DNA from: a virus | Length of the DNA stretch: 64,000 nucleotides | Reading direction: 5' to 3' (one strand) | IMG/VR virus record: IMGVR_UViG_3300030099_008323 | Location: 32,001 to 96,000 of that record | Shown here: piece by piece, positions 1-10,200 of the stretch | Numbering within the stretch: the stretch's first letter is position 1 | Layout: each line of letters begins with the position of its first letter | Made by a program: the position numbers and the translations under genes | The notes under the pieces: model-generated | Database searches by the model: none | What the model saw: only the letters and a program-made list of their open reading frames with translations | What the model was told of the DNA's origin: nothing

Positions 1-2015
1 AGCGATGGGACAACCAAATCTTCAATTAGCTTCTTAACAAACACATATAAGCGCATTTTTGTTTCTTTTCTATTAACGATATTCTTCAAAAACCAAGCAC
101 GAAATAAATTGAATGCTATTGGAAATTGCGCGAGTCCCATTGTCTTAATTTGCCTTTGTGCGTTATAATACTCTAAGGGACCAAATAACATTCTCATATT
201 CATTAAAGAATATTCTAAGCTATCGTAATCAACAGCATTATATTTGCTTGGTTCATAGGGCCATGGTTTATTTTTGGTGTCTGCTGGGAGATCCAGTTGT
301 TGAAGCCCAGAATTTCTTGCTGCAAGCTCTACAATATCACCTAGAAAAAGGAAATAATATTGATGGCCATCGTCTGGAGTATCCAGAACTGTCCTTAGGC
401 TTTCGGGTGCAGATCTTTCTCTCTGTGTTTCTTTTACTAAGCTTTCTGCCTCTGCAGCTGCAGTCCCTGCAGATTCGGCGCTGACGTCCTCTATTGTTAT
501 TATACGATCACCTCTTGTTACTCTGGCTGCAGTAGAGGTTTCCGGACTTCCTTCTTCAGGTGGAGACGCAGCATCGTCTTCTTCTCCCTCAGGATAGAAT
601 AGGCCCAGAGCATCTTCAATTTCAGCTGGATTAGCATTAATTTTGAGCAATCTGCTGCCAGATCCAGTATTGTTTCCATCTTCAGAAAAGCCAACTATTA
701 AGTCTCTTGTAAAGGACGGATAAACTTGACTTTTGAATTCAATGGTTTTTTGTTTTATGACCTCCATCAATCTTTTAGATTTTCTCTTATTGCTTATTGT
801 TCTAATGATTTTGTCTTCTCCGCTACCGGTGATGCGTGCCCCAGAACGTCCACGCTTGACGCCAGCAGCACTTAAATTGCTACTAAATGCCTTAACATAA
901 CATTGAAAAAAGAATTGATCGGTCTGAATCAAATTGTATATTTTTTCCTGTATTTCCCTATTATTTTTAATGCTTTTTTGCGCTTCGACAAGGAGAATTC
1001 TCATATCTCTAACTTTTTGCATATTGCTGCTATTATCTCCAGCTTCCGACTGAGCAACGGGCTCTAGAGAGCCGTCGTCTCTGACATTAAAACTATCTAG
1101 AAATATGCTTGTACTAGAAGCATCAGCAAGGTTTGCATCTATAAAAGATTTGTATTTAATACTAACAGTTACAGAGCCATCTTTAGCAATTTTTATATCA
1201 TAATCTTGCAGCAACAAAGAAAGCATCATGTTCATATTCTCTATTTTTCTAATGTCTGATACTTCTGAAGGGCTCAGGCTTAAGCCATTTAGCTGCTCTA
1301 AAGATGGACTAGTCCAGCCAATCAGTATTTTGATCTGATAATGTTTTGGATTGTAAGTTTCCGTTGCGTCTGTGCCACCTATAATTGCACCAGGGAAAGC
1401 AAAAAGATCAAAATATCGCAGGCCACCTTTTTCAGGTGAGGGTTCGCCAGGAGGTTGAGCTTGTATGTCTTTTAGGGACTTAAAAGAAATTTCAAGCTTT
1501 GCGTTAATTTCTTTCTGAAAGGGACCATAATTAGCGCCTAAACTCTCCATCTGGAAAGACTTTAGCCCCACATTCCTAAAAGAAGGTCTGGTGCTTTCAT
1601 ATGCCAAATAATCTCTTGGGCTGGCAGCTGTTTCAATACCGAAGTTATCAGAAAATTTAAATTCCCTATAACAAGGGATTGGTAGCTTCACAGTCTTCAT
1701 AGTTGAGCTGCCTTCTGTGATAGGCTTCTCTTCAACATAGCTTACCTTATAAATTCTTATCTTGGGCTGCATTAAAGATAGCACCGATGTCTTTATTCTT
1801 TTAAAAACTGAAAGATCCGGCATGCCACGTAGTTTGGAAATTATCTCATGTGATTCCCCCTGCATTTGTCTAAATGTTCTATAGACAAAACGATCGCTAT
1901 TGCTATTATGCCAATTCATAATTTGATCTAAGTTTTTAGTTAAAATAAATTGTTCTAAGTTGTCTCCATTAAACTCAGAAATAGAATTAATTTTATTCTT
2001 TAAAGGTTCGGTCAT
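1..2015 (-). CDS. Large tail/baseplate protein, possibly hub (gp27/VgrG-like); 3' end truncated by window edge
   Basis: Not in ORF track. Hand translation from ATG at 2015 (MTEPLKNKINSISEF...) appears open to base 1 (...YYFLFLGDIVELAARN...FPIAFNLFRAWFLKNIV...), >670 aa; AAGG upstream. Function inferred only from position after the LysM/gp53-like and tube-initiator genes. Confidence 0.6.
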   Translation of the reverse strand, partial: MTEPLKNKINSISEFNGDNLEQFILTKNLDQIMNWHNSNSDRFVYRTFRQMQGESHEIISKLRGMPDLSVFKRIKTSVLSLMQPKIRIYKVSYVEEKPITEGSSTMKTVKLPIPCYREFKFSDNFGIETAASPRDYLAYESTRPSFRNVGLKSFQMESLGANYGPFQKEINAKLEISFKSLKDIQAQPPGEPSPEKGGLRYFDLFAFPGAIIGGTDATETYNPKHYQIKILIGWTSPSLEQLNGLSLSPSEVSDIRKIENMNMMLSLLLQDYDIKIAKDGSVTVSIKYKSFIDANLADASSTSIFLDSFNVRDDGSLEPVAQSEAGDNSSNMQKVRDMRILLVEAQKSIKNNREIQEKIYNLIQTDQFFFQCYVKAFSSNLSAAGVKRGRSGARITGSGEDKIIRTISNKRKSKRLMEVIKQKTIEFKSQVYPSFTRDLIVGFSEDGNNTGSGSRLLKINANPAEIEDALGLFYPEGEEDDAASPPEEGSPETSTAARVTRGDRIITIEDVSAESAGTAAAEAESLVKETQRERSAPESLRTVLDTPDDGHQYYFLFLGDIVELAARNSGLQQLDLPADTKNKPWPYEPSKYNAVDYDSLEYSLMNMRMLFGPLEYYNAQRQIKTMGLAQFPIAFNLFRAWFLKNIVNRKETKMRLYVFVKKLIEDLVVPS

Positions 2016-2025
2016 GTTTTATACC

Positions 2026-2358
2026 TTAATATCCTATGTAATACATTACAGTCTCCAGAGGCACAGGAATGTAAATAATATCTCCATATTTTGCATGAAA
2101 CTCTGTTGGTTTTTGATTGTATAGCGCGATGACCCACCACATTTTTGGGTCGTTGTAATACTGATCCGCTAGTTTAAAATATCTATCCCCAGTGGTCCAA
2201 ATATGGTTTTTAACTTGAAAGTTTACTGTATCTTCTGAAGTCGGGTGTCTAAAAGTTGGAGTGGCATATTGTGTAATATTATCCTTACCTCTGCTTTTTA
2301 GATATCTCCTATAAGCCTCGGCAACATTTGTAAATATATCTTGATTAAAATATCTCAT
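2026..2358 (-). CDS. LysM-like / gp53-like small baseplate protein
   Basis: Motif W-TTGDRYFKLADQYYNDPKMWWVIALYN...GDIIYIP typical of LysM/gpX/gp53 baseplate proteins; position after tube initiator. Confidence 0.7.
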   Translation of the reverse strand: MRYFNQDIFTNVAEAYRRYLKSRGKDNITQYATPTFRHPTSEDTVNFQVKNHIWTTGDRYFKLADQYYNDPKMWWVIALYNQKPTEFHAKYGDIIYIPVPLETVMYYIGY

Positions 2359-2372
2359 TAAATATTTCCTCC

Positions 2373-3236
2373 TTATCCTAGCGCGCCACTAAAACTCTCG
2401 CCAGCTCGGGCGTCTGGACTGCCAGGGGTATTTTGGCCAGAGGTGCTAGTTGGTACCGGATCAGTTTGTCTCTGCAGGCCAAAACCATATGGATATTTGC
2501 CAGCAGCTATACCACCTCGCCATTCCCCCGTTGCGTGATCCCAGCCTAGCTGATGATCATGAACAACATCAAGTTGCAAACTAAGAGTAATCAACTTTGA
2601 AATTTGTATAGACTCTCCCTCCGAAATAGAATTTTGAAAGCCTCCAGATTTAAGTATATTAGCATCTACATTAGAAGCAGAGGATCCTATATTGGCTGGA
2701 TCGATAAAAATATATCCTTTATCGTGTTTGTGTACGACATTTGCACTTTTTATCACACACAAGACACCCTGACCATCTTGTGTTCTAGAGGCTATTATGT
2801 TTGAGTATCTAACTCTGAACAAAGGTGTCGCAGATATTGAAGTGGCAGACTCGGCTTCTTTATAAGTCGGGTATAAAGAAGCGAGAAGCCAACTTAAATT
2901 ATTTAAATTATCTAAAGCCTTAGCTTTGTTAGATGATGGTATATCCAAATTAACTGAAATATTTCTCTTGGACGACTTCCAGATATAATAAGGATCTGTA
3001 CGGCCAAATGGCTGCTCTTCGGTATACTGCGAATTAAATGTATCGGAAATGTCTTTTAGGAAAGCCATAAACTGTATGACGGGAGGATTTCTAATATGCA
3101 CAGGGATAATCTCTAACAGTGTACCTTGCCCTGCACCTTCAGAATTTTCAAAATTATTTTTTTTGAAATTTACATTATTAAGGCCGTGCTTCTCACCAGC
3201 ATGTGCGGCTATTTCATATGGAAAAAATTTTGACAT
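2373..3236 (-). CDS. Tail tube initiator / baseplate-tube cap (gp48/gp54-like)
   Basis: FMAFLKDISDTF...FGRTDPYYIW...RNISVNL...LYPTY...PLFRVRYSNII pattern of contractile-system tube-initiator proteins; directly after tape measure. Confidence 0.6.
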   Translation of the reverse strand: MSKFFPYEIAAHAGEKHGLNNVNFKKNNFENSEGAGQGTLLEIIPVHIRNPPVIQFMAFLKDISDTFNSQYTEEQPFGRTDPYYIWKSSKRNISVNLDIPSSNKAKALDNLNNLSWLLASLYPTYKEAESATSISATPLFRVRYSNIIASRTQDGQGVLCVIKSANVVHKHDKGYIFIDPANIGSSASNVDANILKSGGFQNSISEGESIQISKLITLSLQLDVVHDHQLGWDHATGEWRGGIAAGKYPYGFGLQRQTDPVPTSTSGQNTPGSPDARAGESFSGALG

Positions 3237-3253
3237 CTAATACAATCCCCCCT

Positions 3254-5530
3254 TTACCTTAGTCTTTCAACTAGTCTTTTCTTAATATTTTCAAACGTGG
3301 CATCGCCAATAGTATCACCATCAAGCTCATTGATGATTTTTATTACGTCTCCTCTAGCCATGCCGGCGGCGACCATCTTTTCAACCATGCTATCTGAAAG
3401 CTGCTCAATATTCTCTAATCTTCTTGTCTCCTCTGCGCCGACAAGTCTGTCGATGGCGTCTTGGTTCGCTTTCCTTATGGCCTGGCTTATAGCTATTGAA
3501 TCTTTGATTCTTGCCAGTCCCTCTGCACCACCTTCTGGCGTGGCTCTATCAGTGGCAGCGCTTCTGCCAATATCTGCCTCTGTGAGGGTAGCGTCGTCCC
3601 GAACGACCCTTTTTGCGATTCTAAGCGCTTCCTCTTTATCGTTGTTCTCAAAAGCCTCACGCATCAGGCGCTTGTCGACTTCGCTAGCTTTATTGTATAC
3701 ATCGACACCAACAAAACCTATTACTCCAGTGCCAATTCCTATTGCGCCGGCTACAGTTTTTAATGAGTCAGCCACTGTCTTGAGTCTGGTTGCTAATATG
3801 CCAGCTGTGCCTTGCATGCCTTTAAAGGCTAAAAGCATGCCAATTGCAGCCTTTTCGCCATCTTGAGTTTCTTTTTTTGCTTGTATGAAACCTTTTGCAA
3901 TCGCTTTTGATCCTTTTTCTGCTAAATCTCTAGTTCTTGCAGTGAATTTTGCAAAGCCGGCGCCTTGTCTTGAAACTGAAGCAGTTACTAATTCCATTTG
4001 TGTCATCGTCTCACGGAGCTTTGTTCTTAGCTCACCAGTTGACATTGCGCTGGTTTTTATTGATTCATTTGCTTCTTCAAAATCATCTTTTGCGTTTAGA
4101 AGTCTCGCGGCCATCTCGACACTTTCGACACCCAAAGCAGCTGCTGTAGCCAATTTCTGAAATTTTCCAAATTCATTAAAGCTTTTGCCACTTTTAGCAA
4201 AGGCTGTCTGTATAGCAGTTATTTTATCTGGCAAATCCATCTTTGCTAGTTCAATGCCAGACACGTACATACCACCTAATTGTGCATTAAATCTTTGCGC
4301 AAATTCTGCTGCGCCCTTAAAAGTATCAAGTTTTTTTGCAAACCCATTTAATTTACCAACCTCAATTCCCGTTGCACGAGCTTGAGCTGCCATCCTAGCA
4401 AAAACTTCTACAGCATCATCACCATACGTAGCAAGGTCTGGCATGAGAGAGGTAAAATCTTTAACAGCTTGACCGGCAGACATGTTTAAAGATTCAGCTA
4501 AAGTTAGCAAAGATCTGGTTGACTTCATGGCCATTCTTGGTGTAGCGCCCAAGGCTTTGACAAACTGATCGATTGCTTTACCTGAATCAGCCTCTGCAAC
4601 GCCCATTTTTTTGAGGCCGGCGACCATGTTAAGCATTGCTTTTGTTGTGGTTTTGTCTGATGAACTTAATTGCTGTCTAAAGGTCGCAACGTTTTGTATT
4701 AACACACTCATTGCCGCAGAAACGTCTTTAGACTTTAAGCCTATATCTTGCAGGCCAGCCGCAGTATAGCCAATTGGCTCATCTGCTTTATTAAACGCTT
4801 CTGTTAAGCCTTCAACCGATGTGGGGTCAAACGCGCCAATGAACGCATCTTTCATATCCGAACCTAAGAAACCAGTTGTTTTTGCGACTGCTCTAAGACT
4901 GTCATCAAATGATTTAAATTCAGTCTCCATCGCCTCCAAAACCTTTAAAGGACCAAGCTCTGGCTTGAATATAGCCAACGTTGTTAAAGCTGGGCCGGCT
5001 TCATTAAGGATTGTCTTAAGGCCGCCCACCGCACCTTTAGCAGCAGATACTGCAAAATCTCTTACATCTGCTGCTGCAGCTTTGTTTTCTAAGGCTCTGC
5101 GTCGACGCTCACTGGCTAATGATTCCTCTGATTCATTGATCTTGCGATTAGATTCTTCAATCGCGCGGGAAAGGTCCTCTGCCTCTTCTCGGCCAGACAT
5201 CTGAAGTTCTGACAGTTTGTCTTGAGTTTCCTCATAGTCTTTTGCCCTTTGCTTATAATATTCAGCTAGACGTTCTTGATCCCTAGCTTCTGCGTCAGCG
5301 CTCTCGCGCCGGAGTTCAGCAGCTTTTCTCTCGGCTTCTGCCGCTAATGATTCAGATTCTTGTTTAAGTCGAACATATTCATCTAATTGATCTGAATTTT
5401 GTCTCAGTGCTGCTCTTAATTCTTTTGCCCGAGCAATTTGAGCGTCATTATATTTCTTGTCAACTTCATTTAGCTTTTTAAGCTCTTTGATTAAATTTTG
5501 TACTTCTTCTGGTGTTCTTGGAAGAGACAT
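3254..5530 (-). CDS. Tape measure protein
   Basis: 758 aa, Ala/Lys/Glu-rich helical, N-terminal coiled coil, Gly/Ala hydrophobic stretch; follows tube and chaperone genes. Confidence 0.8.
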   Translation of the reverse strand: MSLPRTPEEVQNLIKELKKLNEVDKKYNDAQIARAKELRAALRQNSDQLDEYVRLKQESESLAAEAERKAAELRRESADAEARDQERLAEYYKQRAKDYEETQDKLSELQMSGREEAEDLSRAIEESNRKINESEESLASERRRRALENKAAAADVRDFAVSAAKGAVGGLKTILNEAGPALTTLAIFKPELGPLKVLEAMETEFKSFDDSLRAVAKTTGFLGSDMKDAFIGAFDPTSVEGLTEAFNKADEPIGYTAAGLQDIGLKSKDVSAAMSVLIQNVATFRQQLSSSDKTTTKAMLNMVAGLKKMGVAEADSGKAIDQFVKALGATPRMAMKSTRSLLTLAESLNMSAGQAVKDFTSLMPDLATYGDDAVEVFARMAAQARATGIEVGKLNGFAKKLDTFKGAAEFAQRFNAQLGGMYVSGIELAKMDLPDKITAIQTAFAKSGKSFNEFGKFQKLATAAALGVESVEMAARLLNAKDDFEEANESIKTSAMSTGELRTKLRETMTQMELVTASVSRQGAGFAKFTARTRDLAEKGSKAIAKGFIQAKKETQDGEKAAIGMLLAFKGMQGTAGILATRLKTVADSLKTVAGAIGIGTGVIGFVGVDVYNKASEVDKRLMREAFENNDKEEALRIAKRVVRDDATLTEADIGRSAATDRATPEGGAEGLARIKDSIAISQAIRKANQDAIDRLVGAEETRRLENIEQLSDSMVEKMVAAGMARGDVIKIINELDGDTIGDATFENIKKRLVERLR

Positions 5531-5554
5531 GGCGCACCCTCGCGAGATATACTA

Positions 5555-5562
5555 TAAATAGT
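5555..5562 (-). promoter_or_regulatory. Putative late-promoter motif ACTATTTA upstream of tape measure
   Basis: Exact motif, 24 nt before ATG 5530; recurs upstream of many structural genes. Confidence 0.6.
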
Positions 5563-5594
5563 TACAGCCAGAAATTAATTTGGATGTGACTGAA

Positions 5595-5775
5595 TTAGCT
5601 TTTTGCTATTTCTTCGTTTCTTCTTTTAATTTCTTGAGTGAGACGCTCAAGAAACCACTTGCGCAGACCAATTGGCAAACTATACGCTTCTTGAAAGCTC
5701 CAGCCACCATAATACTTTAGAAGAAAAAACTGCTCATAAACAGTTTCCATATATGCTTCACTCAGGCCAAAAAAA
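5595..5775 (-). CDS. Tail assembly chaperone C-terminal part ('T' segment), probably expressed by frameshift from the upstream gene
   Basis: Frame FFGLSEAYMETVYEQFFLLKYYGGWSFQEAYSLPIGLRKWFLERL overlaps the end of 5758..6609 at a U7 run; lies between chaperone and tape measure as in lambda G/T, P2 E/E', Mu 41/42. Confidence 0.65.
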
Positions 5776-6609
5776 CCCCGCATCAAGCGGGACCTCCTTC
5801 ATGCTCACAAACCCACAATGTGCGCACTGAAATTCCTGCTTTAAGTCAATGCTCGGAATTATTTCAACATATAATTTTCTAAGAAATTTTGAGTCTGATG
5901 CCGGCATATGCTCGACAAAAGATCTAACTTGCTCTCGATCAAAACTGCCCTGCACTGATACAATTAACTTTGATAAAGTTTGAGTGACAGTGCTATTTGG
6001 ATGCACATCATCGAACGTGTCAAAATCTTGTCCAGTCATCATTCTAAACCCAACAGTTATCTGACTATTTGGTAATGTTAAGACAAAAATTCTGTTTTCT
6101 TCATCAAATGTTAGGTTGTGCTTGCTTAAGTACTTAGCGTCAGTAAATTTGGTGTTTATAACGCCTTTTTTTAGATTAAATTCAAACTCTTCTGTAACTT
6201 TTCCACACTCTGTACATGGAACAGATGCAGTGTAATTAGCTCCATAAGCTGATACCCTTGAAGCAATCATAATCGCGTTCCTATCACCAACCAGTAGTGT
6301 TCTAGGATTAATTCTTTTGTCTACGATTAAACTTTCTATGAGTCTCTCAACTAGCAATCCATTACGAAATAGCTCTTCTGAAGCTAATAGATCCTCTTCT
6401 TTAGCAGTCATATACTTAATTTCTATTTCTTGCTTTTCAAAAAGTGGATGATCTTGTGGATAGAACTTGCCTTTTGATGGAAGACGCACGAACTCCGTAG
6501 GCACGGAGTAAAGCGGTTGCGGTGCTGCGTCTTGACTAGCAAACTGAGCTGCAGGTTGAGCTGCAGGTGACCCAGGTACATGCCCGAGTCTAGTTTGGTT
6601 GTTGCGCAT
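5758..6609 (-). CDS. Baseplate hub assembly / tail assembly chaperone (T4 gp26-like)
   Basis: VRLPSKGKFYP...IKYMTAKEEDLL...GDRNAIMIASRVSAYG, two CxxC motifs (CTEC, CAHC), ends FFWPE; between tube and tape measure. Confidence 0.7.
   Translation of the reverse strand: MRNNQTRLGHVPGSPAAQPAAQFASQDAAPQPLYSVPTEFVRLPSKGKFYPQDHPLFEKQEIEIKYMTAKEEDLLASEELFRNGLLVERLIESLIVDKRINPRTLLVGDRNAIMIASRVSAYGANYTASVPCTECGKVTEEFEFNLKKGVINTKFTDAKYLSKHNLTFDEENRIFVLTLPNSQITVGFRMMTGQDFDTFDDVHPNSTVTQTLSKLIVSVQGSFDREQVRSFVEHMPASDSKFLRKLYVEIIPSIDLKQEFQCAHCGFVSMKEVPLDAGFFWPE
5769..5792 (-). other. Slippery GGGG-U7 site preceded by GC hairpin (frameshift site and/or intrinsic terminator)
   Basis: Coding strand TCCCGC-TTGAT-GCGGGG-TTTTTTT-GG; frame 0 reads FFWP, +1 frame reads FFGL. 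Confidence 0.55.
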
Positions 6610-6629
6610 TTAAGCCTCTCTTGTTAAAT

Positions 6630-7208
6630 TTATGCTATGATCTCACCGACATTGCTTCGATATTCAGCAAAGTCATACTTGAGCGTTAGATCTACAGTTA
6701 CCAAATCATTGCTACTGTAATCCAATCCCTCACCGAACTTACAACTAGTAATCCAAGCATTAATAAGCTCCCACTCATCAACAACATTTGGATTTAATTG
6801 AGTTGCTCCGGAGCCTGCCTCTTGCAAGCCAACGACGCCGCCGCCATCGAGCTGGCGAATTACAACACCGCCGATAGCACCGACCGAAGTTTGCTTGGTT
6901 ACAGCGCCTTTGTATTGGTCAATCGTACTAGGCAATAAATAGCCCATGTTTATCAAAGTATCATAGAACTTGCTACCTATATTTGGCTCGACAGCATCTA
7001 CAAAACTAATAGAAACATCTTGCCACTGGACAATGTTTGGAAACTTAAATTCATGATTTAAAAATCTGTGTGAGGTAGACTCAATATTATAACTGGGCTT
7101 TTGCGCAGTTTTTGCCATGAAAACGAGATCTTCACCTAGATCGCGAAAATGAACTGAAAATCTAAATTTCCTTTTAGGTTGAAAATTGTTAGCTGTGAAA
7201 AATGGCAT
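6630..7208 (-). CDS. gp19: Tail tube protein (gp19-like)
   Basis: FQPKRKFRFSV...WQDVSISFVDAVEP...VVDEWELINAWITSCKFGEGLDYSSNDLVTVDLTLKYDFA; directly after sheath; SD AGGAG. Confidence 0.9.
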   Translation of the reverse strand: MPFFTANNFQPKRKFRFSVHFRDLGEDLVFMAKTAQKPSYNIESTSHRFLNHEFKFPNIVQWQDVSISFVDAVEPNIGSKFYDTLINMGYLLPSTIDQYKGAVTKQTSVGAIGGVVIRQLDGGGVVGLQEAGSGATQLNPNVVDEWELINAWITSCKFGEGLDYSSNDLVTVDLTLKYDFAEYRSNVGEIIA

Positions 7209-7230
7209 TGATTTTGGTCTCCTGTTAAAT

Positions 7231-7238
7231 TAAATAGT
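7231..7238 (-). promoter_or_regulatory. Putative late-promoter motif ACTATTTA upstream of tube gene
   Basis: Exact motif, 22 nt before ATG 7208. Confidence 0.6.
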
Positions 7239-7250
7239 TTTTAAATCATT

Positions 7251-10200
7251 TTAATCATCAAAAGAAGCGCCGCTTCTGGTGATAATAAAGTCGAGTGCAA
7301 TAAATTCAATCGCACGTGCAGGCTTCAAGAAGATCTTCGCATATAGAATGTTGCGGTCAATTAAATCTTCTGTTGTCGTTGTCTCGTCAAGAACAACTCT
7401 GAAATCTGTTAAGCCTAATCCTGACTTAACACCATCAAGGAAAGGCTTGACCTGTCCCACAAAACGGTCCCAAGTAGATTGTACGTTCTGATCGAACAAG
7501 ACTCTAGATGCAATTCTAGAAACCTCTTTCTTGACATGAATCAGAAGTCTTCTAACGTTGATCCTATCAAGAGCAGATGGCGTAACCTGTAGCGTCTTCT
7601 GGCCGAAGATAACCACACCCTCTGCAGGGAAAGAAGCAATCGGATTAATATTTGCATCATATAGCTTGTCTCTGTCGTCAGAGGTAAGTCTTTGCCTTAC
7701 ATTAAGAACTGGGATGCCTGCAGAACCCTCGCTTAAGCCACCCCGTGTAAATCCAGCTGGTGCAAACCACACAGCTGATCTTCTCTGCGCGCTGGACATC
7801 GTGCCAAGTGCGACTACTGAAGGTGGAACAAACAATATAGAGTCATTAATTAAGTCTCGTATTTGAACGAAGGGGTAGAAGGCAGCGCCGTAGCTACTAT
7901 TCAAATTCAAGCCCTTTAAGTTTGACACTGCACTAGATACAGTACCAATCCTAGCACTCTCTGCAGTTTTATCCTCCTCGGCAGGCTGAAAATCACCTTT
8001 AAGGTCAATAATTGCTAGGGCATCACCTCTAGTCTCGCACGTATCAACTAGATGATTACAGAGGGCGCCATTTGTAAGACCAGGGATGGTTGCTAGATCA
8101 AACTCGATAAACTCATTATCTGATATCATATCGATAGCTTTTTTAATCGTATGATAAGCATAGTTAGTTGTCTCTGCACCATTCTCTAAGAAAGTATTAC
8201 GAAGCGGATTCTTCTCAGTAATATCAAATCCATCAAAACCTCCAACTAAAGGAGTTGTGAAGCGATTGTAATTTAAATCTAGAGGAGAGCTAGATCCATT
8301 CTGAGCTGAAAGCGAGGTGCCGCTAGCTCTAGAGCCTGAAGTGTGCACAGCGTGATTTGAATCTGCGGGGTCGACTCTTACATCGTCTAATGTAAAGACC
8401 CAGGAGTATTGATACTGTGAAAAATCGCTAATCTTTTCGCCTGCACCGGTGCCATTGAAACTAGCCGGAGCGCCTCGAAGAAGATCTAAGTTAGTGTGAT
8501 CAAATCTTTTCGTGCCCTCAATATTAGATTGATACCCAAAGAAAGCTTGCGTACCCTTAATTAGGCCTCCTTCTGAAGAAGAAACTCTCATTCTAGTGAC
8601 CGGGAACTCAATTGAGGCAGACGTAGCGAGACTTGGAAGTGCGGCGCCGTGATGCACTAACCCATCTGAAGCTACAACATGGCTAGCCGCCAGAGATGCT
8701 GACGGATAAGTGCTTCCTCCACCGATAACATAATCTTTAACTGCTGCACCGCTATCATCAGTCAAGCCTGCTGCAGCCGAACCGCTCAAAAGTCTAAATG
8801 TCTTAGCCACAGCTGGGCCATATACACCATATGGGTGCAGGCCTTCAGCCTCTCGAAGCTCTACTAGATCAGTAACCTCGACTCTCACATACTTTGACTG
8901 ATTTTCGTAGAGGCCCTCTTGCTTAAGGACGTTTGTTGCGGCATCAAAAGTAAACTTGACGTCACCGATAACTCTACGGATGTAATTAGCAGATTTAGGA
9001 TCTAAATTAACTCCACTAAACCTCTCTAGGATTTCCATATTATTGTCATTGTCGGTGGCTCTTCTCACTAAGACAGTAAAGCTTCCATAAGTATTGAAGT
9101 TGTCTGATGGAGCCTTAATATCCATTAACGAGATTTTAATGTCTCTACTTCCGGCTTCGCCACTATCTAATGCGTGGAACTTGAACAATCTCTCTGTGTG
9201 TGCGGTTGGGTCAAAGCTGGCTGTTGTGGTGCCTCTTGTATCCTGAGAGAAGAACCAGCCTGTTGTGGCAGCTTGATTATTCTGAAGGCGATTCCACCAA
9301 TCAAAATCTGCTTGGTTGCTAATTCCATCTAGGCCTAGGATAACGCCTAGGAAGTCTCCAGTTGATGAAACCTTAGAGCCTGTAACTGCAAGATTCTTTT
9401 GAACGTTTGTATCAAAAGTCTCGCCTAGCCAGTAATGCTCTACATCAGCAGCTGCGAACAAGTCACCATTTGTTTTTGTTGGGTTTGTGTTAAAAACCTT
9501 TCTAATGTATAGATCTGAATCTCTGTCAAAGTTAAATGTGGCTGACTTGACAACATTTGAAGTACTTGTGCCATCCTTAACTATCTTAGCAGTAAATCTT
9601 TGATTTGTCGACTTGATTGTCACTGCAGAGCCAGAAGTTGTTGTGCCGGCTCTATCGGTGCCTTCCAACAATACGGCGCCGTCGTTGACATACCAAATTG
9701 CTGCAAGAGTACCTGTAACCTCGTGATTTGCGCCTCCGGCTAAGAAACTTGTCTTTGTTGCTGTTGTCTTAAGAGTGCTCGTTGACAAGTGAGCTATGGA
9801 AGAACTAAGCTTAATGTTGTTACCTAGAGGTCCTGCGGTCTCTGCCTGAGTTGTCACTGTGAGGCCAGAAGCCAGTGAAGCAGTAACACCTGGCACACCA
9901 TTTGTTGCGCCGGCGCCGTATTTGATGCCTGCGCGGACTGCAGAAAGGCCTTCGATGAGGCCGCTGTCTTGGTCTGGATATCCATTGATTGCATGAACAA
10001 TTGCCTTGCGCAAATCAAGATTGCTTGCGCCGGAAACATGAATAGTATTTGCAGCCACAGTCGTCACACCACCAGAGCCTGTGAGCGAACCAGTAACAAG
10101 TAGTTTAATCCCAGATGCCGAAGCTGCAGAACCAATCGATTTTGGTACGGTAATCATAAGATATTCGCCATCGAGAGCTGAGCCTGAGAGGTTCACATAT

